This document shows, piece by piece, positions 10,658-23,798 of a stretch of DNA of 49,558 nt. The DNA comes from Macrostomum lignano (lineage: Eukaryota): contig NIVC01004340.1 of NCBI GenBank assembly GCA_002269645.1, forward strand, positions 1 through 49,558, read 5' to 3'. Each line of letters begins with the position of its first letter. Positions within the stretch are counted from its first letter, which is position 1. Made by a program: the position numbers and the translations under genes. The notes beneath the pieces were generated by a model. That model worked only from the letters and a program-made list of their open reading frames with translations, ran no database searches and had not been told where the DNA came from.

Positions 10658-11833
10658 ATGGCTGATGATGTGAGTGCTGTGTGGTGCGGGGGTCTGGGGG
10701 TCGCTGACGCGAATTTTTAATGGCCCTCGCGTGTTGCGTTCGCCAAGGTGACACTTGACACACTTGGCGTTAACATTCCGGCATAGCATCACACGTTGCT
10801 AGCAAATTAATCATCGAGTAATGGAATCCACTTAGCATTTCCAAAAGAGACGAGCTGGAAATCCAATTATCTTTTAATCCATCCACCGTAATTATTTTGA
10901 ATTTCATTGCAGGATGGCAAGAAGGAAGGCAAGCGCGCCCAACGAGCGACTTCCAACGTTTTCGCCGCCTTTCCGCAGCAGCAGGTGCAGGAGTTCAAGG
11001 AGGTTAGTACGTTGTGGGATCATTGTTTGAGACTCAGAATCTTAGTATTATTATAGACTTGAAATTAATTATCTAATGATAGCTAGTCAGAGCCATTGAG
11101 CTTTTGAAATCGTAAAATTTCTGCTTGGAGATTGGTCAGTCCTTGTGACATCCGAACGCAGCTCGGTAAACAACTCGACCACTTCTCAAACGCAGGCGTT
11201 CACCATGATCGACCAGAATCGCGACGGTTTCATTGATGTCGAGGACCTCAAGGACATGTACGCCTCCCTTGGTAAGTCATTGCTGAACACAGAAGCTCAT
11301 TGTGTCAGAGGCTTTAATTGTGATGCTTCAGTAACTCTCGGTTCGTTCCCCGCACAGGTCGCCAGCCAACCGACAAGGAGCTGCAGGAGATGCTGAAGGA
11401 GTCTCCCGGCCCGTTGAACTTCACCATGTTTCTGCAGATCTTCGGCGAACGGCTGACCGGCTCCGATCCGGAGGACGCATTGCGCAACGCCTTCAAAATG
11501 TTCGACGATGCCAACTCGGGCTTCCTGGACGAGGAATAGTGAGTTGCCCGCTCGCTGAAGTGCAGCTGTGATGATCATTAAGTCAGATGAAAGTTGCCAG
11601 ACATCAAAGACTTCCAAGTAGAAATGTTGCAAAAGCTACAAAAAGTTGCTAAAACGTTCACCCTTTTATCGATTCTGTTATATTCCAGTTTCCGTGACCT
11701 GATGAAGAACATGGGCGACAATTTCACGGACGACGAGATCCGGCAGACCTGGAAGGAGGCGCCAATCCAGGCCGGCAAGTTGGATTATAACAAATTTGTC
11801 ACGCTGATCAAACGCGGCAAGGAGGACGAATGA
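10658..11833 (+). CDS. Myosin regulatory light chain (EF-hand), join(10658..10669,10913..11002,11196..11271,11358..11538,11689..11833), 167 aa
   Basis: [11 protein letters not shown] phosphorylation motif, [25 protein letters not shown]-hand, [32 protein letters not shown]. All four introns are GT-AG and frame-consistent. Confidence 0.95.
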
Positions 11834-12442
11834 GCGCAACAAGCGTTGGCCATTTTATTTTAGCGATAACGCAATCGCGCTTTACTCTGGACGACAGACT
11901 TTTCATATAGCCTTATTACTTGCTTTCTAACTAATGTTTTCGGGAGTAAATCTTGGTGTACTGATTTTAAATTAGCAATTTTCTTTAACTTCAAAGCCCT
12001 CATATTTCTAGCTCGTAATTCAATTTTCTCTTCTCCGCTATAGACAGGCGCGCAGTCTTCTTCAACCCTACCATGGTCGTTCTTCCGCTGCTGCTGCACT
12101 TTCGTTACTTGCTACTAACTGAGGATTGGCAGTAGAGTATCGCGCATTCGTTTTCGCGCTAACCCCCCCCCCAAGCCGATGCTGCTAATTATCCCAAGTA
12201 GTATCTTGCGTTTGTTTAAAAAACTGAGTGAAGGAATAGATTCTAATCAGTCTAAAATTTGGTCTACCTTTGAGCGGTCATTACTAAGAAAATATTTGGC
12301 AAGGTCCTGCAGCAATGAAATATGACAAATAAACTAACCCAGCTTGAAATAAAAGCGCATTCTATAGACTAGTTTGCATACGAGCTAAAAACATAAGCGA
12401 GTCTTTATTCAGTTTTTTTGAAGTGAACAAAAACGGCGCTGT

Positions 12443-13234
12443 AACCCAATGAGACACTAGAAAGGGACACAGCGGCAACCCAATGAGACACTAGAAAGGG
12501 ACACAGCGGCAATTCAATGGGACACTAGGAAGGAACACAGCGGCAACCCAATGAGACACTAGAAAGGAACACAGCGGCAACCCAAGGAGACACTAGAAAG
12601 GAACACAGCGGCAACCCAATGAGACACTGGGAAGGGACACAGTGGCAACCAATGAGACACTAGGAAGGAACACAGCGGCAACCCAATGAGACACTAGAAA
12701 GGAACACAGCGGCAACCCAAGGAGACACTAGAAAGGAACACAGCGGCAACCCAAGGAGACACTGGGAAAGGACACAGCGGCAATTCAATGAGACACTAGA
12801 AAGGAACACAGCGGCAACCCAATGAGACACTAGAAAGGAACACAGCGGCAACCCAAGGAGACACTAGAAAGGAACACAGCGGCAACCCAAGGAGACACTA
12901 GAAAGGAACACAGCGGCAACCCAAAGAGACACTGGGAAAGGACACAGTGGCAACCAATGAGACACTGGGAAAGGACACAGCGGCAATTCAATGGGACACT
13001 GGGAAAGGACACAGCGGCAATTCAATGAGACACTGGGAAAGGACACAGCGGCAATTCAATGGGACACTGGGAAGGGACACAGCGGCAATTCAATGGGACA
13101 CTAGGAAGGGACATAGCGGCAATTCAATGGGACACTGGGAAGGGACACAGCGGCAATTCAATGGGACACTAGGAAGGAACACAGTGGCAACCAATGAGAC
13201 ACTGGGAAGGGACACAGCGGCAACCCAATGAGAC
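12443..13234 (+). repeat. 34-bp minisatellite (~23 copies)
   Basis: Unit CCAATGAGACACTAGAAAGGAACACAGCGGCAAC with variants. Confidence 0.92.
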
Positions 13235-14114
13235 AGACAAAACAGAATTCACTAATCAAGAACAATGAAGGTTAAATAAGTGTGTTTAAACAATAATTAA
13301 GATGATTTTATAACGACAGCAGAGAGAAACATCTCATACAATCCCGTACGGTCACAGTTATGTTATTTATTAAATAAATTTGAAACAGTTCATTGCAATA
13401 GACTAAGCACAATTTACAACAGAAAAAACAACACAAACAGTTCATAGCAAACCATCTCAATAAATTGCGAAACCGAAATTAAACAAATTTTTGACAAAAA
13501 GCATTTGTTTTCCATTACAACGGAGACAATAAACTAATCAGCTAAATTCCACGGGGAGGGGAGTTAAAAACAAAGAAACAGAAAATGCACCGAAAAATTC
13601 TAAACTCATCTAGCTATTCAAATTTATCTAACCGTTTTATCTACAGTAATCCATACCCGCCAGGCTCAGCAATGAACCGAGTCCTAGTGCAAAAGGAACA
13701 GTTATCTAGGGCAGGAACACAAATAAAGATTATAGCTAAACCCTAATTTAAGTAGCCAAGTATCAATAAGTCAGATAATAATAATCCAGCAAGCGATTTA
13801 TAAGCATAAAATGGGAGCGCGCGAGCGAGAAAGCTACATTAGTAATATAAGCTTCATTACTAATTAGTTTTATAATATGGATGAAGCGAGGAGCAGCATA
13901 ACAAAACATATAATAACAATTCCATCGCGTTGAAATATGCACGGAATCATGTATCTGGGTCCAGCAACAGAGTAACTCTACGAGCGCATGTGTGCAGTCA
14001 TTTTTTGACAAAAATATCTAAGCATGCAAATTCGCAATCCGATTTTACAAGTCTTTTTTATTTATTTTTTTAGACAGATTTTTTTGTATTTGTATTTGTT
14101 TGTATTTATTTTTA

Positions 14115-14247
14115 CACAGTCAGACAGACACTAAGACAGACAGATAGACAGCCAGACAGACAGACAGCCAGACAGCCAGACAGGTAGACAGACACAGACA
14201 GATAGAAAGACAGACAGACAGACAGACGGACAGACAAACAGCCAGCC

Positions 14248-14284
<37 letters not shown>

Positions 14285-14563
14285 GCCAGACAGACAGACA
14301 GACAGGTAGACAGACAGCCAGACAGACAGACAGACAGACAGCCAGACAGCCAGACAGACAGCCAGACAGACAGACAGAAAGCCAGACAGACAGCCAGACA
14401 GCCAGACAGACAGACAGACAGCCAGACAGACAGACAGAAAGCCAGACAGACAGCCAGACAGCCAGACAGCCAGACAGACAGCCAGACAGACAGACAGAAA
14501 GCCAGACAGACAGCCAGACAGCCAGACAGCCAGACAGACAGCCAGACAGACAGACAGAAAGCC

Positions 14564-14606
<43 letters not shown>

Positions 14607-14703
14607 AAGCCAGACAGACAGACAGACAGACAGACAGACAGCCAGACAGACAGAAAGCCAGACAGACAGACAGACAGACAGCCAGACAGACAGACAGAAA
14701 GCC

Positions 14704-14736
<33 letters not shown>

Positions 14737-14795
14737 GCCAGACAGACAGACAGAAAGCCAGACAGACAGACAGACAGACACAGACACAATCAGAC
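14115..14795 (+). repeat. Compound (CAGA)n microsatellite with CAGC/GAAA interruptions
   Basis: Read directly; explains the three-frame LSVC ORFs on the minus strand. Confidence 0.95.
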
Positions 14796-15409
14796 AAGTA
14801 TATTTAACCAGCAAAGGAAACTCAGAATTTGCCGAAGTCCTGCACACAAAAACAAAGTTGAGTTAAGCCGCACAACAAAGCAGAAATCGGAGGAAAAACA
14901 GACAAAAGCAGGGAAAAACAAATACAACTGCGACACAGAAATCCGAGCAGAAGCAAAATAAACTGGCCCGTGAGAAACAATCGCAAAATACTCGTAAATT
15001 CGAATTTCTCCAGCACAGACAGGGGCGCAAGGCTCTGTATTGAAGAGCAAGTTAATTAGCATCATTGATGATGCGCAGTGAAAATCCACACCGGCAATTA
15101 GTGCTGTAAACAGATTGGGCAGATGAATAAAATAAATTAATCAGCAACAGAGCCATACAATACTTGTCAGCGGATGGGACAAAATACACATGCTGTAGTG
15201 CGATTGCTATCAGTAATTAATGGTGGTAATTCTAATACTTTTAAGATGACGCTGGAATATTAGGTGTCAACACTGTGAGGCCTGTTATAAAAATTATCAG
15301 ACAAAAGGTGGTTGAGTTTTTGTTTTGAGAAGTTAATTCTTTCACTAATATAGGCCAAGATGAGACACAGGGGTAGGGAGAGGAAGGAAAGAAGAAAAAC
15401 CGGAGAGGA

Positions 15410-15415
15410 GGGAAG

Positions 15416-15461
<46 letters not shown>

Positions 15462-16290
15462 AGAGGTGGAGGGGAGAGAGGAGTGAGAAATACGGGAGAG
15501 AAGAGGGAAGAGGAAGAGGAAGGAGGGGAGAGAGGAGAAAGGAGGGGAGAGAGGAGGGAAGAGGAAGAGGAAGGAGGGGAGAGAGGAGAAAGGAGGGGAG
15601 AGAGGAGGGAAGGGAGGGAGGAGAGGAAAAAGGAGGGGAGAGAGGAGAAAGGAGGGGAGAGAGGAGAAAGGAGGGGAGAGAGAGGAGAAAGGAGGGGAGA
15701 GAGGAGAAAGGAGGGGAGAGAGGAGAAAGGAGGGGAGAGAGAGGAGAAAGGAGGGGAGAGAGAGGAGAAAGGAGGGGAGAGAGGAGAAAGGAGGGGAGAG
15801 AGGAGAAAGGAGGGGAGAGAGAGGAGAAAGGAGGGGAGAGAGGAGAAAGGAGGGGAGAGAGGAGAAAGGAGGGGAGAGAAAGGAGAAAGGAGGGGAGAGA
15901 GGAGAAAGGAGGGGAGAGACAGGAGAAAGGAGGGGAGAGAGGAGAAAGGAGGGGAGAGAGGAGAAAGGAGGGGAGAGAGGAGAAAGGAGGGGAGAGAGAG
16001 GAGAAAGGAGGGGAGAGACGAGAAAGGAGGGGAGAGAGGAGAAAGGAGGGGAGAGAGGAGAAAGGAGGGGAGAGAGAGGAGAAAGGAGGGGAGAGAGGAG
16101 AAAGGAGGGGAGAGAGGAGAAAGGAGGGGAGAGAGAGGAGAAAGGAGGGGAGAGAGGAGAAAGGAGGGGAGAGAGGAGAAAGGAGGGGAGAGAGAGGAGA
16201 AAGGAGGGGAGAGAGGAGAAAGGAGGGGAGAGAGGAGGGAAGGGAGGGGAGAGAGAAGGGAAAGGAGGGGAGAGAGGAAAGAAAGACGAG
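15410..16290 (+). repeat. Polypurine tract / 19-21-bp GAGAGGAGAAAGGAGGGGA minisatellite
   Basis: Almost exclusively A/G over ~880 nt. Confidence 0.93.
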
Positions 16291-16556
16291 GGAATACCAA
16301 AAAGAAAGAATTGAAAATCAATTAGACACCGAGGAAGATAGAGTGCAGAAACGCGGATGCCATCTCAAAGCATGAGTTCACCCGGTGCATCTGCAATATG
16401 CAGCAATATCGCAGCAAAATTAGCTAGCAAACCAAGACACCAAGCAAACCCAGCAATTAGGACAGGCAGCAGTGGAAGCGAGAATGGGGGTCAAAGGGTG
16501 TTGAATAGGCGATCAAATCCGGACACCGACAAGCTTCGAAGCTCCAGAGGCAGTCA

Positions 16557-16723
16557 CTAATTGCTGTTGCCCGACGCTCTTAGCCGGAGACTGTCGGCAC
16601 CGCCGCCGGATTTCGACGTCGGTCCGGCTGCGGCAGTTGAGTCCGTCTGGTCGTCCTCCGTGTCCGAGTACTCCGTAGGCTGCTCGCTTGGCCGCAGCAG
16701 CTTGCCCACCAGGTCGTATTTCT
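16557..16723 (-). CDS. PGRMC: PGRMC/MAPR exon 3 (terminal); full CDS complement(join(16557..16723,27177..27332,31022..31331)), 210 aa
   Basis: Not in the ORF track frame. Reads (E)KYDLVGKLLRPSEQPTEYSDTEDD...GNSN*, matching the PGRMC C-terminal KY..VGKLL....P..YSD motif. The CAG acceptor is phase-compatible with exon 2. Confidence 0.9.
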
Positions 16724-16829
16724 CTGTGTGTATTGGGCGTGGTGTCAGTCAGTGAGTCTATTCTCCTGTCCATCTGTCTGGCTGAGTTAGAGGCTGTGTA
16801 GTGAGTTAGTAAGTCAGTAGGTCAGGGAC

Positions 16830-16830
<1 letters not shown>

Positions 16831-16874
<44 letters not shown>
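16831..16874 (+). repeat. (CTGT)11 microsatellite, left flank of the insertion
   Basis: Read directly. Confidence 0.95.
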
Positions 16875-18018
16875 GTTAGTGTATGTGTGTTTGCGTAGAC
16901 TCTCCGTCGGTTTAAAAGCCTCGTTAGCGGGACCTTTCGATTACATGGACCCTTTAAGTGGACCACTTTAAATTTCCTCGATGGGAAGTACAGAGAGGGT
17001 TTATCTTGACTGACTGCATAGTCTGAAAGGCAGCCATTACTGTGGCCAAAGTCCCTCTACTTAAAGTAGTTTAGATTTTAAGTATTGAGTATTTTAGTTT
17101 ACAAGGACCTTTAACACAGTCCACCCAAACCACATCGCTGAGGTCCACCTAACCCGAAAACAGACAAATTTCACACATACATAGTGTATGTTTTGTTTGT
17201 ATGAAAACTTATTTTTTATGATATAGCTCTTTAAAATGCGTGTTTAAGCACATTGTGGCATTTTTGAGTTGCAGAAGCAAGCTTACTAAACAGGCCGAAG
17301 TGATTGGAATGTAAAATAGCTCGTAAAATTGAAGTTTCTGCTACAAACGAAGCTCCGATGTAGCCCATAATGACTAAAAATTCACGAGATGGTTTTATTT
17401 ATTACTTGTGGTTTCTGAAACAAAACTGTTCACTAATAGTCCTGTCGCTATCATACTTGGAATAAATGCTTCATCAAGTGTTGATTTTAGAGAACCTAGA
17501 TTGAAGGCTATGCATGACTACATAATTTCTCATGCTGCATTTGCAGCATTGCTTAATTTAAGGAGACATAAAGACAAGAAGAGCCTTGCTTACAGCACGA
17601 ACTCCTAAAATAGTTTGTGTGCTTTATATTCAAACGTTTACAGCTTCGGCAACCGATAGGATAGGGCTGGATAATGAAACTTAAAAGCCGAACCATCCTG
17701 ACTGAGGTCCAAGCAAACCCCAAAGCTCATCAGCCAATCCTGTGCTTAAACGGACAGTCAAGAATGGGGTGGTTTAACTTTCATTCCTTACTGTCCGTCC
17801 GTTTGAACGTTGGTCATTTCCCTCTCTCCCTCCGAAGGGCTCTTATTGGTCTGTAGCTGGCTTATTCATCAAGGTCGAGGGTCTGAAATAGAGGGTCAAC
17901 GTAAACATCTTCCTAATCACAAAAACAGACACCAATTCCCAACCTCAAACAAGACTTTAACTTGAATTAGTTGGCCTCACAAGTTGGTTCTGCCAACTGG
18001 TTGTCCTTAACACGCCAG

Positions 18019-18301
18019 CATGCAGAAAAAAAGCCCCAAGCTAGTAGGCGTTTCTACGTTGAAAGGATTATCAAGTGCACGAAAAGGAAGCTCTACATAA
18101 AGTGGAAAGGATATTCAAGGTGAGTTTCAAAAGACTTATTCACCACTGCACTCTATTTATTATATATACTAAGAGTTGTTTCCATACGGCCATATCGGTT
18201 CGGCTAATAAACAGTGCTTTCATATTTTAGCAATCAAAAGTCTTGGGAGCCACGAAGCAACATACCAACAAGTGTGATTCAAAGTCTGCATTCATCTTGC
18301 G
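18019..18301 (+). CDS. Chromodomain-encoding exons of the element gene, join(18019..18119,18231..18301)
   Basis: Spliced translation RRFYVERIIKCTKRKLYIKWKGYS|SNQKSWEPRSNIPTSVIQ fits the chromodomain consensus (VE.I...Y.IKWKGY....WEP..N). The intron is GTGAGT...TTTTAG and phase-consistent. Absent from the ORF track. Confidence 0.8.
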
Positions 18302-19597
18302 GTAAGAATTTTTAGTCATCACGTGTAATAATCTTATTAAATAATTGACCGTCTAACTTGTGTCAGATAAAAACTGACAATCTAACTCTCTTTCAAAATC
18401 TACCAAACTCAAAACATTCCTGAAAAATGCTTCCCGCCGAACGAGCAGCAGAAAACGATGACGGTAGGAACTCCTGACTTAACTGTTACTTAGATGTATG
18501 CCACTTCATTCCGCAATCGAATCTTAAGGCACGATTTCATTCGAAAGCATTCCAATCTGAGAGGTGGGGTCCAGCTAAACCTTCATTGAATGTCGTTCAC
18601 ATTGACTGTGGGTGCTTCAAGCATCGACTGCCAAACAGACTTTCAGACATGGGGTCCAGCTAAACCCTCATTGAATGTCGTTCACATTGACTGTGGGTGC
18701 TTCAAGCACCGACTGCCAAACATACTTTCAGACATGGGGTCCAGCTAAACCTTCATTGAATGTCGTTCACATTGACTGTGGGTGCTTCAAGCATCTACTG
18801 CCAAACAGACTTTCAGACATGGGGTCCAGCTAAACCCTCATTGAATGTCGTTCACATTGACTGTGGGTGCTTCAAGCATCGACTGCCAAACATACTTTCA
18901 GACATTGGGTCCAGCTAAACCCTCATTGAATATCCTTCACATTGAGTGTGGATGCTTCAAGCACCGACTGCCAAACATACTTTCAGACATGGGGTCCAGC
19001 TAAACCCTCATTGATTGTCGTTCACATTGAGTGTGGATGCTTCAAGCACCGACTGCCAAACATACTTTCAGACATGGGGTCCAGCTAAACCCTCATTGAT
19101 TGTCGTTCACATTGAGTGTGGATGCTTCAAGCACCGACTGCCAAACATACTTTCAGACATGGGGTCCAGCTAAACCCTCATTGATTGTCGTTCACATTGA
19201 GTGTGGATGCTTCAAGCACCGACTGCCACATACTTTCAGACATGGGGTCCAGCTAAACCCTCATTGAATGTTTCACATTGACTGTGGGTGCTTCAAGCAT
19301 CGACTGCCAAACATACTTTCAGACATGGGGTCCAGCTAAACCCTCATTGAATGTTTCACATTGACTGTGGGTGCTTCAAGCATCGACTGCCAAACATACT
19401 TTCAGACATGGGGTCCAGCTAAACCCTCATTGAATGTCGTTCACATTGAGTGTGGATGCTTCAAGAACCGACTGCCAAACATACTTTCAGTCATGGGGTC
19501 CAGCTGAATCCTCATTGAGTCATAATATGTTTACATTGAGTATCAATGAGTACATATGAGTACATTGAGTAGTTCATCAAAATTAATCATTGTGCAG

Positions 19598-19984
19598 ATG
19601 GGCAGCGACGTGACCATCCCACAAGCAGAGGGATCTTCTGCTGATGCTGACGCTGGCGACAGCGAACCGTGTGCATCTCGCGATGAGTCGAGTGTAGAGA
19701 AGGCGGCTACGAAGAAGACGACTTCCGTTCATAAGTCGCGTGAACAGCTCTCAGCATCAGCCAGGGTGACGAGAGCTACTCAAGAGGCAGCGGCTGCTGG
19801 ACAAACCCGGAAAAACCATCCTGGAGACAAGAAGAGCTCTCCTAGTACCTTGGCGCTCCAGTCATCGAAGGAGAATGCTATGGTTGAGGAATCCGACTCA
19901 AGTGCTGCTGATCTCATGATCACGTCATCTGCTAACAAAATACAAGACCGGAAACCGTCACCACAGCGTCAGCATTTTGAATCG
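19598..19984 (+). CDS. Repeated phase-0 exon, copy 1 (129 codons, Ser/Ala/Glu/Lys-rich)
   Basis: TGTGCAG acceptor and GTGAGC donor bracket 387 nt within the 189-aa ORF. Confidence 0.6.
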
Positions 19985-21108
19985 GTGAGCATTGCTGAGT
20001 TGAGTTACACTAACGCTGGAAGAGTGCATTCGCTTTACTTAATGAATATCATTTTTATTGGGCCAAAAAATGCTGCAGCTTTCAATGTCTTAGTTTCGAT
20101 TGTAAAAAAGCAAACTTTATCATGACGTATGCCAAGTCAGCACAGTCAATCAAATTTCAGCATATTTGTCGCGGGTCCAGCTAAACCCTCATTGAATGTC
20201 GTTCACATTGACTGTGGGTGCTTCAAGCATCGACTGCCAAACATACTTTCAGACATGGGGTCCAGCTAAACCCTCATTGAATGTTTCACATTGACTGTGG
20301 GTGCTTCAAGCATCGACTGCCAAACATACTTTCAGACATGGGGTCCAGCTAAACCCTCATTGAATGTTTCACATTGACTGTGGGTGCTTCAAGCATCGAC
20401 TGCCAAACATACTTTCAGACATGGGGTCCAGCTAAACCCTCATTGAATGTTTCACATTGACTGTGGGTGCTTCAAGCATCGACTGCCAAACATACTTTCA
20501 GACATGGGGTCCAGCTAAACCCTCATTGAATGTTTCACATTGACTGTGGGTGCTTCAAGCATCGACTGCCAAACATACTTTCAGACATGGGGTCCAGCTA
20601 AACCCTCATTGAATGTTTCACATTGACTGTGGGTGCTTCAAGCATCGACTGCCAAACATACTTTCAGACATGGGGTCCAGCTAAACCCTCATTGAATGTT
20701 TCACATTGACTGTGGGTGCTTCAAGCATCGACTGCCAAACATACTTTCAGACATGGGGTCCAGCTAAACCCTCATTGAATGTTTCACATTGACTGTGGGT
20801 GCTTCAAGCATCGACTGCCAAACATACTTTCAGACATGGGGTCCAGCTAAACCCTCATTGAATGTTTCACATTGACTGTGGGTGCTTCAAGCATCGACTG
20901 CCAAACATACTTTCAGACATGGGGTCCAGCTAAACCCTCATTGAATGTCGTTCACATTGAGTGTGGATGCTTCAAGAACCGACTGCCAAACATACTTTCA
21001 GTCATGGGGTCCAGCTGAATCCTCATTGAGTCATAATATGTTTACATTGAGTATCAATGAGTACATATGAGTACATTGAGTAGTTCATCAAAATTAATCA
21101 TTGTGCAG

Positions 21109-21495
21109 ATGGGCAGCGACGTGACCATCCCACAAGCAGAGGGATCTTCTGCTGATGCTGACGCTGGCGACAGCGAACCGTGTGCATCTCGCGATGAGTC
21201 GAGTGTAGAGAAGGCGGCTACGAAGAAGACGACTTCCGTTCATAAGTCGCGTGAACAGCTCTCAGCATCAGCCAGGGTGACGAGAGCTACTCAAGAGGCA
21301 GCGGCTGCTGGACAAACCCGGAAAAACCATCCTGGAGACAAGAAGAGCTCTCCTAGTACCTTGGCGCTCCAGTCATCGAAGGAGAATGCTATGGTTGAGG
21401 AATCCGACTCAAGTGCTGCTGATCTCATGATCACGTCATCTGCTAACAAAATACAAGACCGGAAACCGTCACCACAGCGTCAGCATTTTGAATCG
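21109..21495 (+). CDS. Repeated phase-0 exon, copy 2
   Basis: Same sequence and splice sites as copy 1. Confidence 0.6.
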
Positions 21496-22287
21496 GTGAG
21501 CATTGCTGAGTTGAGTTACACTAACGCTGGAAGAGTGCATTCGCTTTACTTAATGAATATCATTTTTATTGGGCCAAAAAATGCTGCAGCTTTCAATGTC
21601 TTAGTTTCGATTGTAAAAAAGCAAACTTTATCATGACGTATGCCAAGTCAGCACAGTCAATCAAATTTCAGCATATTTGTCGCGGGTCCAGCTAAACCCT
21701 CATTGAATGTCGTTCACATTGACTGTGGGTGCTTCAAGCATCGACTGCCAAACATACTTTCAGACATGGGGTCCAGCTAAACCCTCATTGAATGTTTCAC
21801 ATTGACTGTGGGTGCTTCAAGCATCGACTGCCAAACATACTTTCAGACATGGGGTCCAGCTAAACCCTCATTGAATGTTTCACATTGACTGTGGGTGCTT
21901 CAAGCATCGACTGCCAAACATACTTTCAGACATGGGGTCCAGCTAAACCCTCATTGAATGTTTCACATTGACTGTGGGTGCTTCAAGCATCGACTGCCAA
22001 ACATACTTTCAGACATGGGGTCCAGCTAAACCCTCATTGAATGTTTCACATTGACTGTGGGTGCTTCAAGCATCGACTGCCAAACATACTTTCAGACATG
22101 GGGTCCAGCTAAACCCTCATTGAATGTCGTTCACATTGAGTGTGGATGCTTCAAGAACCGACTGCCAAACATACTTTCAGTCATGGGGTCCAGCTGAATC
22201 CTCATTGAGTCATAATATGTTTACATTGAGTATCAATGAGTACATATGAGTACATTGAGTAGTTCATCAAAATTAATCATTGTGCAG

Positions 22288-22674
22288 ATGGGCAGCGACG
22301 TGACCATCCCACAAGCAGAGGGATCTTCTGCTGATGCTGACGCTGGCGACAGCGAACCGTGTGCATCTCGCGATGAGTCGAGTGTAGAGAAGGCGGCTAC
22401 GAAGAAGACGACTTCCGTTCATAAGTCGCGTGAACAGCTCTCAGCATCAGCCAGGGTGACGAGAGCTACTCAAGAGGCAGCGGCTGCTGGACAAACCCGG
22501 AAAAACCATCCTGGAGACAAGAAGAGCTCTCCTAGTACCTTGGCGCTCCAGTCATCGAAGGAGAATGCTATGGTTGAGGAATCCGACTCAAGTGCTGCTG
22601 ATCTCATGATCACGTCATCTGCTAACAAAATACAAGACCGGAAACCGTCACCACAGCGTCAGCATTTTGAATCG
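22288..22674 (+). CDS. Repeated phase-0 exon, copy 3
   Basis: Same sequence and splice sites as copy 1. Confidence 0.6.
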
Positions 22675-23798
22675 GTGAGCATTGCTGAGTTGAGTTACAC
22701 TAACGCTGGAAGAGTGCATTCGCTTTACTTAATGAATATCATTTTTATTGGGCCAAAAAATGCTGCAGCTTTCAATGTCTTAGTTTCGATTGTAAAAAAG
22801 CAAACTTTATCATGACGTATGCCAAGTCAGCACAGTCAATCAAATTTCAGCATATTTGTCGCGGGTCCAGCTAAACCCTCATTGAATGTCGTTCACATTG
22901 ACTGTGGGTGCTTCAAGCATCGACTGCCAAACATACTTTCAGACATGGGGTCCAGCTAAACCCTCATTGAATGTTTCACATTGACTGTGGGTGCTTCAAG
23001 CATCGACTGCCAAACATACTTTCAGACATGGGGTCCAGCTAAACCCTCATTGAATGTTTCACATTGACTGTGGGTGCTTCAAGCATCGACTGCCAAACAT
23101 ACTTTCAGACATGGGGTCCAGCTAAACCCTCATTGAATGTTTCACATTGACTGTGGGTGCTTCAAGCATCGACTGCCAAACATACTTTCAGACATGGGGT
23201 CCAGCTAAACCCTCATTGAATGTTTCACATTGACTGTGGGTGCTTCAAGCATCGACTGCCAAACATACTTTCAGACATGGGGTCCAGCTAAACCCTCATT
23301 GAATGTTTCACATTGACTGTGGGTGCTTCAAGCATCGACTGCCAAACATACTTTCAGACATGGGGTCCAGCTAAACCCTCATTGAATGTTTCACATTGAC
23401 TGTGGGTGCTTCAAGCACCGACTGCCAAACATACTTTCAGACATGGGGTCCAGCTAAACCCTCATTGAATGTTTCACATTGACTGTGGGTGCTTCAAGCA
23501 TCGACTGCCAAACATACTTTCAGACATGGGGTCCAGCTAAACCCTCATTGAATGTTTCACATTGACTGTGGGTGCTTCAAGCATCGACTGCCAAACATAC
23601 TTTCAGACATGGGGTCCAGCTAAACCCTCATTGAATGTCGTTCACATTGAGTGTGGATGCTTCAAGAACCGACTGCCAAACATACTTTCAGTCATGGGGT
23701 CCAGCTGAATCCTCATTGAGTCATAATATGTTTACATTGAGTATCAATGAGTACATATGAGTACATTGAGTAGTTCATCAAAATTAATCATTGTGCAG

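Noticed and set aside
14112-14847. LSVC-rich 225-238 aa ORFs
   Set aside because: They are translations of a (CAGA)n microsatellite, open in all three frames.
15260-16325. Arg/Glu/Gly-rich (+) and Leu/Ser/Pro-rich (-) ORFs resembling repetitive adhesive proteins
   Set aside because: A strand without T cannot contain stop codons, so openness is uninformative. There is no signal peptide or non-repetitive domain.
16513-16773. 86-aa minus-strand ORF from the track
   Set aside because: Wrong frame; the true frame is PGRMC exon 3 (16557-16723).
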